Assembly (NCBI GenBank): GCA_005777405.1
Contig: SXMH01000156.1
Span: forward strand, 1 to 62,339
DNA: 62,339 nucleotides
Origin: Actinomycetota bacterium
GTDB taxonomy: Bacteria > Actinomycetota > Actinomycetes > Actinomycetales > Microbacteriaceae
Direction: 5' to 3'
Part shown: positions 1 through 9,135 of the stretch, piece after piece
Position numbering within the stretch: position 1 is the first letter of the stretch
How the letters are laid out: each line of letters starts with the position of its first letter
The notes under the pieces: model-generated
What the model saw: the letters and a program-made list of their open reading frames with translations, nothing else
What the model was told of the DNA's origin: nothing
Databases searched by the model: none
Position numbers and translations under genes: made by a program

Positions 1-2
1 TC

Positions 3-767
3 GCCTTTGCTGCCCCGGTGGCGGGTCACTCTCGACGCGAAGCACGCGCCGACGCTCGGCAGTTTCTCGAGCTCGTACAGCTGGAGGGTTTCGGCGAGCG
101 CCCCATCCCGGCGCTCTCGGGCGGTCATGAGCAGCGCGTCGCGCTGGCCCGCGCCCTGGCAGCGCGACCACGCGTGCTGCTGCTCGATGAACCGTTCAGC
201 GCACTCGACCCCGAACTGCGTGCTGACATGCACGTGCTGCTCGGCACCATCAGGGCCCAACTGCGGCCCACCGTCGTCATGGTGACGCACGACCGCGATG
301 AGGCGGCGATCGTCGCTGACCGGGTCGCGCTGCTCAAGTTGGGCTCGCTGCTGCAGCACGACACCGTCGAGCGGCTCTATACGCGACCGGCAACGCTCGA
401 CGTGTCGCGTCTCATGGGTGGCCGCATCGAGATCGCTGGCGAGGTGCGGGCTGGCGTGCACCACTCGGCTCTCGGCGCCGTGCCCGCCGCCGACGGCGAG
501 ACCTGGGTCGACGGACCGGGGATGCTCGTGGTGCGGCATGAGGCACTGCAGGTATCGACGACCGACGCCCCAGCGCCCGACGGCATGGTGAGTCTCGAGG
601 CCACCGTCACCGAGCGTCGTGCCCGCGGGCCTCGTGCAGAACTTTCTCTCGCCACGTCAGACGTGGTGCTCGACGCCGAGGTGCCCGCGAGCCGACCGCT
701 CGCAGTCGGCGAGCGCGCCACCGTGCATGTGCCCCGCTCGGCCTGCAGCGTCGTGGCGATGCCCTGA
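3..767 (+). CDS. ABC transporter ATP-binding protein (PotA/FbpC-like, C-terminal TOBE), 5'-truncated
   Basis: Signature LSGGHEQRVALARAL, Walker B LLLDEPFSALD, H-loop VTHD; frame open to window edge and Walker A absent. Confidence 0.9.
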   Translation, partial: AFAAPVAGHSRREARADARQFLELVQLEGFGERPIPALSGGHEQRVALARALAARPRVLLLDEPFSALDPELRADMHVLLGTIRAQLRPTVVMVTHDRDEAAIVADRVALLKLGSLLQHDTVERLYTRPATLDVSRLMGGRIEIAGEVRAGVHHSALGAVPAADGETWVDGPGMLVVRHEALQVSTTDAPAPDGMVSLEATVTERRARGPRAELSLATSDVVLDAEVPASRPLAVGERATVHVPRSACSVVAMP

Positions 768-804
768 GGTCGAGACCTCAGGGCATCTGCCCGTCAGCGG
801 ATCC

Positions 805-2271
805 TTACCAGCGCGAGCCGGCGGCGTCGGCGAGCTCGTCGGCGCGACCGTTCGTGATGCCCGTGCGGCGCTCTCCCTTGGGCTCGAGCGGCAGCAGCGT
901 GCGAAGCCCGATGTTCTCGATCGGGTCGAGCACCGAGTGTTGCGTGCAGGCAGGCACGAGGCGACCCGTTTCAGGGTGACTCATGGCGTACATGCACGAG
1001 CCGAGTCGCTCCTGCGTCTCCTTGATCTTCGGGTCGTCAGAGACGATGCCCTGCTCCATGAGCGCCCACGCCGGCTTGACCTGCTCGGCATCCATGAAGT
1101 TGTGCACGACGAAAGTCTTGAAGCTGACCTTGCCGCGACGAGCGGCACGCAGCACGGCGCGCAGGCCGCCTCCGCGCTTCACGATGCGATTCATGAGTCC
1201 GACCATCGGCGGAAGGTCTTGCGGGTGGCTCAGAATGGCGCGGATGACCTTGAGCGTCAGTGCCCAGCGAGGAATATCACCGAAGATCATGCCGCCGTAG
1301 TGCTTCAAGAAGCGATCGCGCGCAGCGATGTCTTTCGGCTCATCCGCGTCGAGCACCGACGCAAATCGGCCGTCGACCATGACACCGACCGTGTGCCGGT
1401 TGCAGCGAGGGTCGCCGAACTGCACGGCCTTGTGCGGCAGCGGCTGACCGGCACCGGCCTCGATGCGCTCCCACACGGCGTCGATCGTGACTTCTTCGAA
1501 GTTCTCTTTCCACCGGCGGTCGTCGCCGATGAAAGCCGCAGGCTGGAACGACATCATGTCGTAGGGCATCGCCAGCACATCGCGGGTGACTTGCTCGACC
1601 TCGTCGAGGTTGGTCGGCGTGACCGTCATGTTGTGCGCGAGGTACGAGTCGACCTTGTGGTCTTTCTTGAGGTCGATGAACATTTGCGCGAACTGCTCGC
1701 GGAAGGGGTTGAGCTCGGCCTCGCTCTTCGGGCGCACGGCACCGCGACGACCGCGCATGAGCGAGTCGAAGTGCGCGGCGAACGACACCTTCTTGAACGC
1801 GGGCTCGCCGTTCGCGTCGAGCACGACGTCGAGCAAGTACTCGTAGTCGAAGTCGCCGTGCGTCATCGACATCGGCTCGCGGCCAACGGCGCGCATGGCA
1901 AGGAGAGTGTCGCGGTGCGCCTTGGGCGGCAGCAGGCTCACCTCGCCGCCAATGAGTTGGGCGTGCGCGCGCGGACCGCGAATCTCGCGCAGCAGCGCCA
2001 TTTGCTTCGTCACCTCAGTGACCGTGTGGTCACCGTCGATACGCACCTTGTTCGCGTCGGCCGAGTGGTAGCAGGGCGAGCACGTGAGGTTGCACTTCGG
2101 GAACACGCCGTGCGTGCCTTCGCAGCCGACGGCGCACTTGCCGAGCAACTGCTCAGGCGTCTTCGCGTGCTCGGGCAGCTCGGCCCACCTCTTGTCGAGG
2201 GCTCGGCGGGTGTCAGGGTGAATAGGACGCGTCGCCAGCTCAAACTCGCGCAGTCGGGCGGTCAGGGCCAC
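805..2271 (-). CDS. Radical SAM protein
   Basis: CNLTCSPC (CxxxCxxC), IGGEV motif, C-terminal HNFMD...CMYAMSHPETGRLVPAC; GTG at 2271 preceded by GAGGAG. Confidence 0.85.
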   Translation of the reverse strand: MALTARLREFELATRPIHPDTRRALDKRWAELPEHAKTPEQLLGKCAVGCEGTHGVFPKCNLTCSPCYHSADANKVRIDGDHTVTEVTKQMALLREIRGPRAHAQLIGGEVSLLPPKAHRDTLLAMRAVGREPMSMTHGDFDYEYLLDVVLDANGEPAFKKVSFAAHFDSLMRGRRGAVRPKSEAELNPFREQFAQMFIDLKKDHKVDSYLAHNMTVTPTNLDEVEQVTRDVLAMPYDMMSFQPAAFIGDDRRWKENFEEVTIDAVWERIEAGAGQPLPHKAVQFGDPRCNRHTVGVMVDGRFASVLDADEPKDIAARDRFLKHYGGMIFGDIPRWALTLKVIRAILSHPQDLPPMVGLMNRIVKRGGGLRAVLRAARRGKVSFKTFVVHNFMDAEQVKPAWALMEQGIVSDDPKIKETQERLGSCMYAMSHPETGRLVPACTQHSVLDPIENIGLRTLLPLEPKGERRTGITNGRADELADAAGSRW

Positions 2272-2324
2272 AGTGCTCCTCGCAGTTCCGTCGAGACGAT
2301 CTCGTCGAGATCGCCAGTGAGTGC

Positions 2325-2350
2325 CACTGATGACACAGGTGTCGTCAGTG
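2325..2350. promoter_or_regulatory. Inverted repeat between M23 and radical SAM genes (terminator or operator)
   Basis: CACTGATGACAC / GTGTCGTCAGTG, 12-bp arms with one mismatch. Confidence 0.4.
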
Positions 2351-2431
2351 TAAGCACACTCTGTTCGGAATGGATGGCTCTGCGGTTGGGTCACGCCAAG
2401 ATTCCGCGTGCGCGGCATGCCATTGGCAGAG

Positions 2432-3100
2432 TTAGACCGCGCCGTTCGCCGCCATCCACGGAACAGGGTTGATGGGCGAGCCACCAATGCGCAGTTCGAA
2501 GTGCAAGTGAGGCGCGGTCGTGACACCGGTGCTGCCCACCTGGCCGATCTGGTCGCCCACACGCACTTCATCGCCGACGGAGAGAGTCAGCGAGCCGCTC
2601 ACCATGTGGCCGTAGACGCTCGTGATGGCCTGGCCATTGATGACGTGATCGATCGTGGCGTACACCCCGAGCGTGCTGCCGGAGGTCACGACCTTGCTCA
2701 CGACACCATCGGCGATCGCGACGATGGGCGTGCCGTATGCCGGGTTCCAGTCGACACCGGTGTGCATCGTCGAACATGCGCCGCACGCCGCGTCGCGCGG
2801 GCCGAAGCCACTGCCGACGGGAGCGTTCGCGCCGACCGGGTATTGCAGCGGTGGACGCTCGTCCACGGTGAACTCGATGACGTCGATCGGGGCAGCCGCA
2901 ACGCTCGACGCCGAGAAGGACTGTGCGAGCGGTGCGGTCTCCTCGCTCTCGGAGGCGACAGCAATTGCCGTGCCGACGCCGTGGCTCGCGAGCAGGCCTG
3001 CAGCGATGAGGCCAGCGGACACGGCGAGCACTTGTTGACGAAGGCGGTGAGGCTCAAGAGCGGCGGCGCGCGAGAGCGCAGGGTGGATCACGTGGAGCAT
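2432..3100 (-). CDS. M23 family metallopeptidase (cell-wall endopeptidase)
   Basis: HTGVD, YGHM and PHLHFE motifs; N-terminal hydrophobic segment; start may be 3100 or 3115. Confidence 0.9.
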   Translation of the reverse strand: MLHVIHPALSRAAALEPHRLRQQVLAVSAGLIAAGLLASHGVGTAIAVASESEETAPLAQSFSASSVAAAPIDVIEFTVDERPPLQYPVGANAPVGSGFGPRDAACGACSTMHTGVDWNPAYGTPIVAIADGVVSKVVTSGSTLGVYATIDHVINGQAITSVYGHMVSGSLTLSVGDEVRVGDQIGQVGSTGVTTAPHLHFELRIGGSPINPVPWMAANGAV

Positions 3101-3200
3101 GAGAGGGAACAACACTTCCTGGTGGCGGCCTGCGGGCCGGGGACACGGTGAGTGCACGTCATTGCGCATGCGACGCGCCACCGGAGCGGGCGCATCAGGA

Positions 3201-3316
3201 GGTCATCGCTCCAGCACCGCGACCCGAGGCCGGCGGCGGGAACTCTCCCCTGTCGGCAGCGGAGCCGACCCTCCAGAGTGACCCGTCAACCTGAGAGAAG
3301 CCTGGTCAGGGTCGCG
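3201..3316 (-). ncRNA. Candidate structured leader RNA upstream of M23 peptidase (family unassigned)
   Basis: Four nested stems can be drawn by eye, plus an alternative 8-bp pairing (3218-3225 with 3309-3316). Confidence 0.3.
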
Positions 3317-3340
3317 AATGCCTGTCGACGGATGCTGCGC

Positions 3341-4435
3341 TCACGCGAGCGTCGTGCCGAACGCGAGCCCCAAGAGGTAGGTGGCGCCCGCCGCGCCGAA
3401 GCCGATCGCGAGCTGGCGCAGCGCTCGCTTCACGGGCGAGGCACCCGACAGCACTCCCACAATCGTGCCGGTCGCGGCGAGGGCGATTCCGACGAGCACC
3501 GCGGCGAGCACGACCGCCGCGATGCCCTCGAGCCCGAGCAGATACGGCACGACTGGAATGATGGCGCCGGAAGCGAAAAACGCGAAACTCGACGCCGCAG
3601 CACCCCACGCAGAGCCGATGGCTTCGTGCTCGTCTGCGAGCTGCTCGCTCGCTCGCGCCGCTGCGGAGATCGGCTCGTAGTCGGCGAGCACTTCGCGAGC
3701 GCGAGCATCTGCCTCGACTGCCTCCATACCTCGCGCACGATAGACGAGGGCCAGCTCGTTCGCATCGACGTCGAGGTGCGGCAGTGCGCGGTGCGCTTCG
3801 GGGTCGGGCGTTGAGGCATCGAGCAGTTCGCGCTGCGATCGCACCGACACGTACTCGCCCGCACCCATCGAGAGCGCGCCGGCGAGGAGACCGGCGAGGC
3901 CGGTGAGCAAGACCGTGCTGGTGCCGACGCCCGCCGCACCGATGCCCATGACGAGGGCGAGGTTGCTCACGAGCCCGTCGTTGGCTCCGAAGACCGCTGC
4001 GCGGAAGGTGCCGCTCAGGCGTTGCCTGCCGCGCGCTGCGAGCCCGCGCACCACTTCACTGTGGATGCGTTCGTCGGCCGCCATCGCGGGCGTTGCGTGA
4101 ACATCCGCCTCATAGGGCGATCGAGATTCGGCGCGCTGCGCGAGAGCCAGCACGAACACGCTGCCGAAACGGCGGGCGAAGAATCCGAGAAAGCGCGTGC
4201 GCAGCGAGACCGCAGGCACCGATGCGGCATGGTCGCCCAGCAGTGCGACCCAGTGCGCCTCATGACGCGCCTCTGCCTCGGCGAGCGCGAGCAAGATGGC
4301 GCGCTCTTCGCCGGTGCGACGCGCGGCCAGGTCGCGGTAGACGGCGGCTTCAGCGCGCTCATCGGCGAGATAGCGGCGCCAGCGTCGGATCTCCGGTCGA
4401 CTGGGGTGATCACTGCCCCGCTCATGCTCGGTCAC
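3341..4435 (-). CDS. VIT1/CCC1 Fe/Mn transporter with N-terminal ferritin/rubrerythrin-like domain
   Basis: FRAAVFGANDGLVSN, GALSMGAGEYVSV; N-terminal ExxH motifs (EARH, ERIH). Confidence 0.9.
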   Translation of the reverse strand: MTEHERGSDHPSRPEIRRWRRYLADERAEAAVYRDLAARRTGEERAILLALAEAEARHEAHWVALLGDHAASVPAVSLRTRFLGFFARRFGSVFVLALAQRAESRSPYEADVHATPAMAADERIHSEVVRGLAARGRQRLSGTFRAAVFGANDGLVSNLALVMGIGAAGVGTSTVLLTGLAGLLAGALSMGAGEYVSVRSQRELLDASTPDPEAHRALPHLDVDANELALVYRARGMEAVEADARAREVLADYEPISAAARASEQLADEHEAIGSAWGAAASSFAFFASGAIIPVVPYLLGLEGIAAVVLAAVLVGIALAATGTIVGVLSGASPVKRALRQLAIGFGAAGATYLLGLAFGTTLA

Positions 4436-4520
4436 GGGTTCATCGTGCCAGCGGACGGGCGCGCGCGCTGTTCGGTCTTCCGAAAGAACGAGGCGCCGCA
4501 CACGCCAGCGGGGTCGTGAG

Positions 4521-5015
4521 TTACCAGCCCATGGTTCCTGCTGCACCCTTGAAGGGCCCCACGATGTTCGCGGTGATCCAGCCCCCGTAGAAACTGCCCT
4601 CTTGCGGTTGCACCGTTTCGCCATCGATCGAGCATCGGTCCATGCGACCGGGATACACCGACACGAATTCCGCGAGCTGCTCGAAGCCGCGGCTCGGCGC
4701 GGGGTACCCCCATGCTGAGCGTTCGGCCACGGCGTCGCTGGCCACGACATCCCAGTAGGCGGCCCGGCCTTTGAACTCGCACCACGACGAACCCTCGGCC
4801 TGCCGAAGAGCACCGGGCGCCCACTCAGCGATCGGCACGTAGATGCCGGGGGGATGGCTCGTTTCGAGCACGCGCAGCGCGCTCACCGACTCCGCGATGA
4901 CGCGGCCGCCGAACTCGACGACGACCCGGCCGTGCACGGGCTCGACACGCGGGGGTCGCGGGTAATCCCAGACCGATTCTTGGCCGGGCTTCGGTGCGAT
5001 CGGGCGAGGGCGCAT
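4521..5015 (-). CDS. DUF427 family protein
   Basis: ESVWDYPRPP, LETSHPP, SWCEFKG, QEGSFYGGWIT. Confidence 0.85.
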   Translation of the reverse strand: MRPRPIAPKPGQESVWDYPRPPRVEPVHGRVVVEFGGRVIAESVSALRVLETSHPPGIYVPIAEWAPGALRQAEGSSWCEFKGRAAYWDVVASDAVAERSAWGYPAPSRGFEQLAEFVSVYPGRMDRCSIDGETVQPQEGSFYGGWITANIVGPFKGAAGTMGW

Positions 5016-5027
5016 GACGGGGTGCGC

Positions 5028-5606
5028 CTAGAACCCGAAGTCGCCGAAGTCGCCGAAACCGCCGCCGTCGAAACCACCGGCGTCGACGCCGCCAGCATCA
5101 GCGCCACCGTCGAACCCTCCGGCCTCGGTCGCGGCAGCGTCGCCCCCTGCATCAGCGCCGGGGTCGGAGCCCGCCTCTGCACCGCCGTCGAGCGGAGGCA
5201 AGAAAGCGCTGGCGATGGCCGAGCCGATGACGTAACCGGCCACGGTGCCCAAGAGAGATGCACCGACCATCTGGCCGAACGACGGGCCCGCGAGCGAGCG
5301 CTCCATGGTGCCGGGCTGGCGCAGCTCTGAGCGCGTCGCCGCGCGAGCGAGCGTGCCGGGTTCGTCGTCAGCGGGAGCCTCACCGGCAGGAGCCGTGCGC
5401 GCGAGCTCGTCGAACACGAGTCGTCGCTGCTCGGGGCTCAGCTTCGCGAAGGCCTCTGCGTGTACCTGCTCGATGGTCTCGGGCGGAGCGGTCTGCAGCA
5501 GGTAGCGGTAGCGCTCGACGGCTCGATCGTCGTCGGAACGCACGGCGTTGCGACGGGGTTCGGGTTCGGGCGTGGGGCTACCGAACAGGCGGTCGAAGAA
5601 GCTCAT
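5028..5606 (-). CDS. Conserved actinobacterial hypothetical protein with Gly/Asp/Phe-rich tail
   Basis: RYRYLLQTAPPETIEQVHAEAF, LARAATRSE; GGAGG before ATG 5606. Confidence 0.75.
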   Translation of the reverse strand: MSFFDRLFGSPTPEPEPRRNAVRSDDDRAVERYRYLLQTAPPETIEQVHAEAFAKLSPEQRRLVFDELARTAPAGEAPADDEPGTLARAATRSELRQPGTMERSLAGPSFGQMVGASLLGTVAGYVIGSAIASAFLPPLDGGAEAGSDPGADAGGDAAATEAGGFDGGADAGGVDAGGFDGGGFGDFGDFGF

Positions 5607-5866
5607 GGAGGCCTCCAAGGTCGTGGGAGCATCCACCGTAGTGAGGCGCGCTTTACGCCGGCTGGATGGTTCTCGTGTAACGACTCGGTGAAGAATGCCC
5701 CAGAACGGGGGCGGGTGCAGTACGGTGAGGGCTGAAGTTGATACGCCTCGGCGACCTGACGTGCCGTGCAAGCGACACGTTGCCCTCAGATAGGGCTAAC
5801 GGTTCACGAGTGGTTCGACTGGTGGTTTCGACAGTCGAAACTCCGTGAGTAATGAGGAGTCAGCTA

Positions 5867-6070
5867 ATGACGACAGGCACTGTGAAGTGGTTCAACGCCG
5901 AAAAGGGTTTTGGTTTCATCACCCCCGATGACGGCTCGGCCGACGTGTTCGCGCACTTCAGCGCGATCCAGTCGAACGGCTACCGTTCGCTCGACGAGAA
6001 CCAGAAGGTCGAATTCGACGTCGCGCAGGGCCCCAAGGGCCTGCAGGCTGAGAACATCCGCCCGCTCTAG
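5867..6070 (+). CDS. cspA: Cold-shock protein
   Basis: [15 protein letters not shown] (RNP1), VFAHFSAI (RNP2); GAGGAG SD. Confidence 0.97.
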   Translation: MTTGTVKWFNAEKGFGFITPDDGSADVFAHFSAIQSNGYRSLDENQKVEFDVAQGPKGLQAENIRPL

Positions 6071-6110
6071 TTCCGCACCGTCTCGGTGCTTCGCGCACCG
6101 ATGACCAGCC

Positions 6111-6144
6111 GAAAGCCGCCTCCCGACGATGTGGGGCGGCTTTC
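6111..6144 (+). terminator. Hairpin terminator after cspA (likely bidirectional)
   Basis: GAAAGCCGCCTC...GGGGCGGCTTTC between convergent genes. Confidence 0.8.
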
Positions 6145-6145
6145 G

Positions 6146-6197
6146 TCATGTCAGCGCTGATTCATGTCAGCACTGATTCATGTCAGCACTGATTCAT
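6146..6197. repeat. 16-bp tandem repeat, about 3.25 copies
   Basis: TCATGTCAGC(G/A)CTGAT at 6146, 6162, 6178, plus TCAT at 6194. Confidence 0.9.
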
Positions 6198-6225
6198 CGC
6201 CTGCGCTGCTCCGGCGATCGTGCGC

Positions 6226-7098
6226 TCACTCAGCCGTCACGAAGTCGATGAGCTGCTCGACGCGACCGAGCAGTGCCGGTTCGAGGTCGGTGTAGCCGCG
6301 CACGGTGCCGCGAATGCGCCGCCACGCCGCCGCGCGATCGGCGACGGTCTCGTGCGGCCACCCGAGCGCTCGGCAAGTGCCGGTCTTCCAGTCTTCGCCG
6401 CGCGGCACATCAGGCCACGCCTCGATGCCCACCCGCTGCGGGCGCACCGCTTGCCAGATGTCAATGAACGGATGCCCCACCACGAGCACGTGCTCGGCCC
6501 CGACCCGCGCGAGCGCCTGCTCAGCGAGCCGCACTTCTTTCGAGCCGGGCACCCAGTGGTCGACGAGCACTCCTAGTCGCCGCCCGGGCCCTGGCGCGAA
6601 CTCGCGCAGCCGCTCGTCGAGGTGATCGACGCCCTCCAGCAGCTCGACGACGACGCCCTCGACGCGCAAGTCGTCGCCCCACACCTGCTCGACGAGTTCG
6701 GCGTCGTGACGCCCCTCGACCCAGATGCGGCTCGCCCGCGCCACCCTCGCGGGTGCATCGGCGACGGCGAACGACCCGCTCGCGGTGCGTGCTCGGCCAG
6801 GCTCAGGTGCTGCAACGCGCGGTGCGCGAAGTGTCACGGGCTCGCCGTCGACCCAGAAACCTGCGCCGAGCGGAAAGGCGCGCACGCGCCCGTGGCGGTC
6901 TTCGAGGTGCACATTGCCCGCGTCGACGCCGACGACGACACCCACGAAACCGTCGCCGTCAGCACCGGCCGCCGTACCCGTGCCGTCACCGTGGGGCACC
7001 TCGACCACGAGGTCGCGGTGCGCCTCGACGTCGCGCAGCACGCGGCGGTGGGCAGCACGCCAGTCGCCGGCGAGCGGGTCAGAGTCGTAGTCACGCAC
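6226..7098 (-). CDS. DUF3097 family protein (Toprim-like C-terminal domain)
   Basis: RTASGSFAV, IWVEGRHDAELVEQVWGDDLRVEG, LVDH, GHPFIDIWQAVRP. Confidence 0.85.
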   Translation of the reverse strand: MRDYDSDPLAGDWRAAHRRVLRDVEAHRDLVVEVPHGDGTGTAAGADGDGFVGVVVGVDAGNVHLEDRHGRVRAFPLGAGFWVDGEPVTLRAPRVAAPEPGRARTASGSFAVADAPARVARASRIWVEGRHDAELVEQVWGDDLRVEGVVVELLEGVDHLDERLREFAPGPGRRLGVLVDHWVPGSKEVRLAEQALARVGAEHVLVVGHPFIDIWQAVRPQRVGIEAWPDVPRGEDWKTGTCRALGWPHETVADRAAAWRRIRGTVRGYTDLEPALLGRVEQLIDFVTAE

Positions 7099-7114
7099 CC
7101 CGCGACCGTAGCGC

Positions 7115-8134
7115 TCAGATCGAGCGCGAACGCTGATCCACGCCGAGCTCGCCGTAGGGGTAGTCGGGCACGACCGGCGCGCTCGCAGCGTCGAGGCTCG
7201 CGAGTTGCTCTGCAGTGAGCTCGAGGTCGCCCGCGGCGAGGTTGTCGACCAACTGATCGACGGTGCGGGCACCGAGGATGACGGACGTCATGCCGGGCCG
7301 AGACTGCAGCCACGCGAGCGCCACGCGAGCGGGCGGCACCTCGTGCTCACCGGCAACGAGGTGCAGGGCATCCAGCACTCGCCAGGTGCGCTCGTCGGCC
7401 CCCCGCCGATCGACCGCTTCCATGCCGCGCCCAGGATCTTCACCGAGTCGCGTTGCCCCCGTGGGGATTTCGTCGCGGCTGTACTTGCCCGTGAGCCATC
7501 CACCGCCCAGCGGGCCCCAGGGCAGCAGGCCGACCCCGGCGTCGAGGGCCGCTGGCACGATCTCGAACTCGATCTCGCGGGCGAGCAAGTTGTACTGAGG
7601 TTGCAGCGTCACCGGTGCGGGCATGCCGAGCGCGGCGGCACGGTGCACAGCCTTCGTGAGCTGCCAGCCCGTGAAGTTCGAGACTCCCCAGTACGACACT
7701 GCTCCTGACCGGATCGCATCGTCGAGAAAGCGGAGTGTCTCGTCGAGCGGCGTGATCGGGTCCCACGCATGCACCTGATACAGGTCGATGTGGTCGAGAC
7801 CCAATCGCCGGCGAGAGTTGTCGAGTGCGCGGCGCAGGTGCCGACGCGAAGTGCCGAGGTCGTTCGCGTCAGTGCCCATCGGGAATCGGCCCTTTGTCGC
7901 GATGACCATGCGCTCAGCGGTCGCCGGGTTCGCCGCAAGCCATCGGCCGATGATCTGCTCGCTCAGTCCCGCGCTGTAGACGTCGGCAGCGTCGATGAGC
8001 GTGCCGCCAGCCGCCGCGAAAGCGTCGAGCATCGCATGGCTCATCGGTTCGTCAGACTCCGCACCGAACGTCATGGTGCCGAGGGTAACGCTGCTGACGA
8101 TCGTGCCGGTACTGCCCAGCGTGCGTATCTTCAC
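7115..8134 (-). CDS. Aldo/keto reductase
   Basis: LGTMTFG, DAADVY, IATK, IDLYQVH, LQPQYNLL; AGGAG before GTG 8134. Confidence 0.95.
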   Translation of the reverse strand: MKIRTLGSTGTIVSSVTLGTMTFGAESDEPMSHAMLDAFAAAGGTLIDAADVYSAGLSEQIIGRWLAANPATAERMVIATKGRFPMGTDANDLGTSRRHLRRALDNSRRRLGLDHIDLYQVHAWDPITPLDETLRFLDDAIRSGAVSYWGVSNFTGWQLTKAVHRAAALGMPAPVTLQPQYNLLAREIEFEIVPAALDAGVGLLPWGPLGGGWLTGKYSRDEIPTGATRLGEDPGRGMEAVDRRGADERTWRVLDALHLVAGEHEVPPARVALAWLQSRPGMTSVILGARTVDQLVDNLAAGDLELTAEQLASLDAASAPVVPDYPYGELGVDQRSRSI

Positions 8135-8248
8135 GATGTCTCCTGTCATTGTGCTGTGGTGTCTCCACCGTAGGCGCTGTGCACGACGGGGAGATGTGCG
8201 TGCTCGCTAGGGTTGCCGCATCACGACTCGCGATGTGAAGGGAATGCC

Positions 8249-9058
8249 GTGCGTACAACCGGTCGATTGTTCCGCTGGGGATTCACGTGCCTCCTGCTCG
8301 CGCCGGTGGCCGTGGTCGGTTGGTTCGCGGCAGCAGCAGGGTCGCCCGCGTTCTTGTGGCTCGCCCTGCTGCTCGTGCTCGCGGGCGGCGCACTCAACGC
8401 TGCCGCCATCGTGCGCGGGGTGAAGCGCATCGGTTCGGGTGACTTCATGACGAGCCTCGACGGCATGACTCCGGCTGACCGTCGCGCTGCTCCCGGCGAC
8501 GAGCCGGTTGCGCCGAGGCAACGCATCATCTTTCCCGACGAGCCACACGCCCCCGATGCCGCGCCTGGTCTTCGGCGCCGCGTCGGCCTCGGCGCTGCAG
8601 CAGCACTGCTCGGGCTCGTCGCTCTCGGTGCCTACTCTTTGGCCGTCGAGCAGCCGCTCGCGATCGCACAGGGCATGCTCACGCTCGGCGAGGTCTACGC
8701 CGTGTGGAACTCCGCCTCGCGCGCGGGGTTCACGATCGGGTTGACGATCTGGTTTGTGCTGTCGCTCGCCATCGTGCTCGGCATCGCCGTGCTCGCGCTG
8801 CTGCCTTCCCTCGCGGCCGACCGACTGCTCACCTGGCGAAGGATGCTCGCGGCGGCGTGCATCGCCGGCAGCGTGATCGTCGTCGCGGCGTGGGGGCCGT
8901 ACTTCAGCATTGGCATCAGCCTCCCCGACGACTTGCCTGTCCTCGCGGGCGGTGTGCAGAGTGCCGCAAGTCTCGCCTTCGGCCTCACCGGCGTCGCCCT
9001 CAGCGCGGCGGCGATCGTGCTCACGGTGCCCGACTGGAGCCGCCCGCGTCGCACGTGA
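8249..9058 (+). CDS. Multi-pass membrane protein, unknown function
   Basis: About 6 hydrophobic segments; GAAGGGA before GTG 8249. Confidence 0.65.
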   Translation: MRTTGRLFRWGFTCLLLAPVAVVGWFAAAAGSPAFLWLALLLVLAGGALNAAAIVRGVKRIGSGDFMTSLDGMTPADRRAAPGDEPVAPRQRIIFPDEPHAPDAAPGLRRRVGLGAAAALLGLVALGAYSLAVEQPLAIAQGMLTLGEVYAVWNSASRAGFTIGLTIWFVLSLAIVLGIAVLALLPSLAADRLLTWRRMLAAACIAGSVIVVAAWGPYFSIGISLPDDLPVLAGGVQSAASLAFGLTGVALSAAAIVLTVPDWSRPRRT

Positions 9059-9068
9059 TGCTGATCGC

Positions 9069-9114
9069 TTGACAGCCTCCAGGTTCTCTGGTTAGTTACT
9101 TGACTAAGTAACCA
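9069..9114 (+). promoter_or_regulatory. Promoter -35 and YtrA-type GntR operator
   Basis: TTGACA at 9069; palindrome TGGTTA-GTTACTT-GACT-AAGTAAC-CA (9089-9114) just upstream of the GntR gene. Confidence 0.75.
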
Positions 9115-9135
9115 ACACAGAGATGGGAGGCGTTC

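Noticed and set aside
619-2472. 617-aa plus-strand ORF, and similar long antisense ORFs (e.g. 20655-22160, 22948-24537, 26050-27306, 51997-53265)
   Set aside because: Shadow frames of motif-bearing genes on the opposite strand; typical of high-GC DNA, with no recognisable motifs.
3201-3316. Assignment as c-di-AMP, glycine, SAM-IV, TPP riboswitch or SRP RNA
   Set aside because: Only isolated words match; core motifs (e.g. GCCGAAGGAGCAA, GGCAACC, SRP GGAA loop) are missing or out of order.
6146-6197. Possible mini-CRISPR
   Set aside because: 16-bp units are contiguous with no spacers and there are no cas genes.
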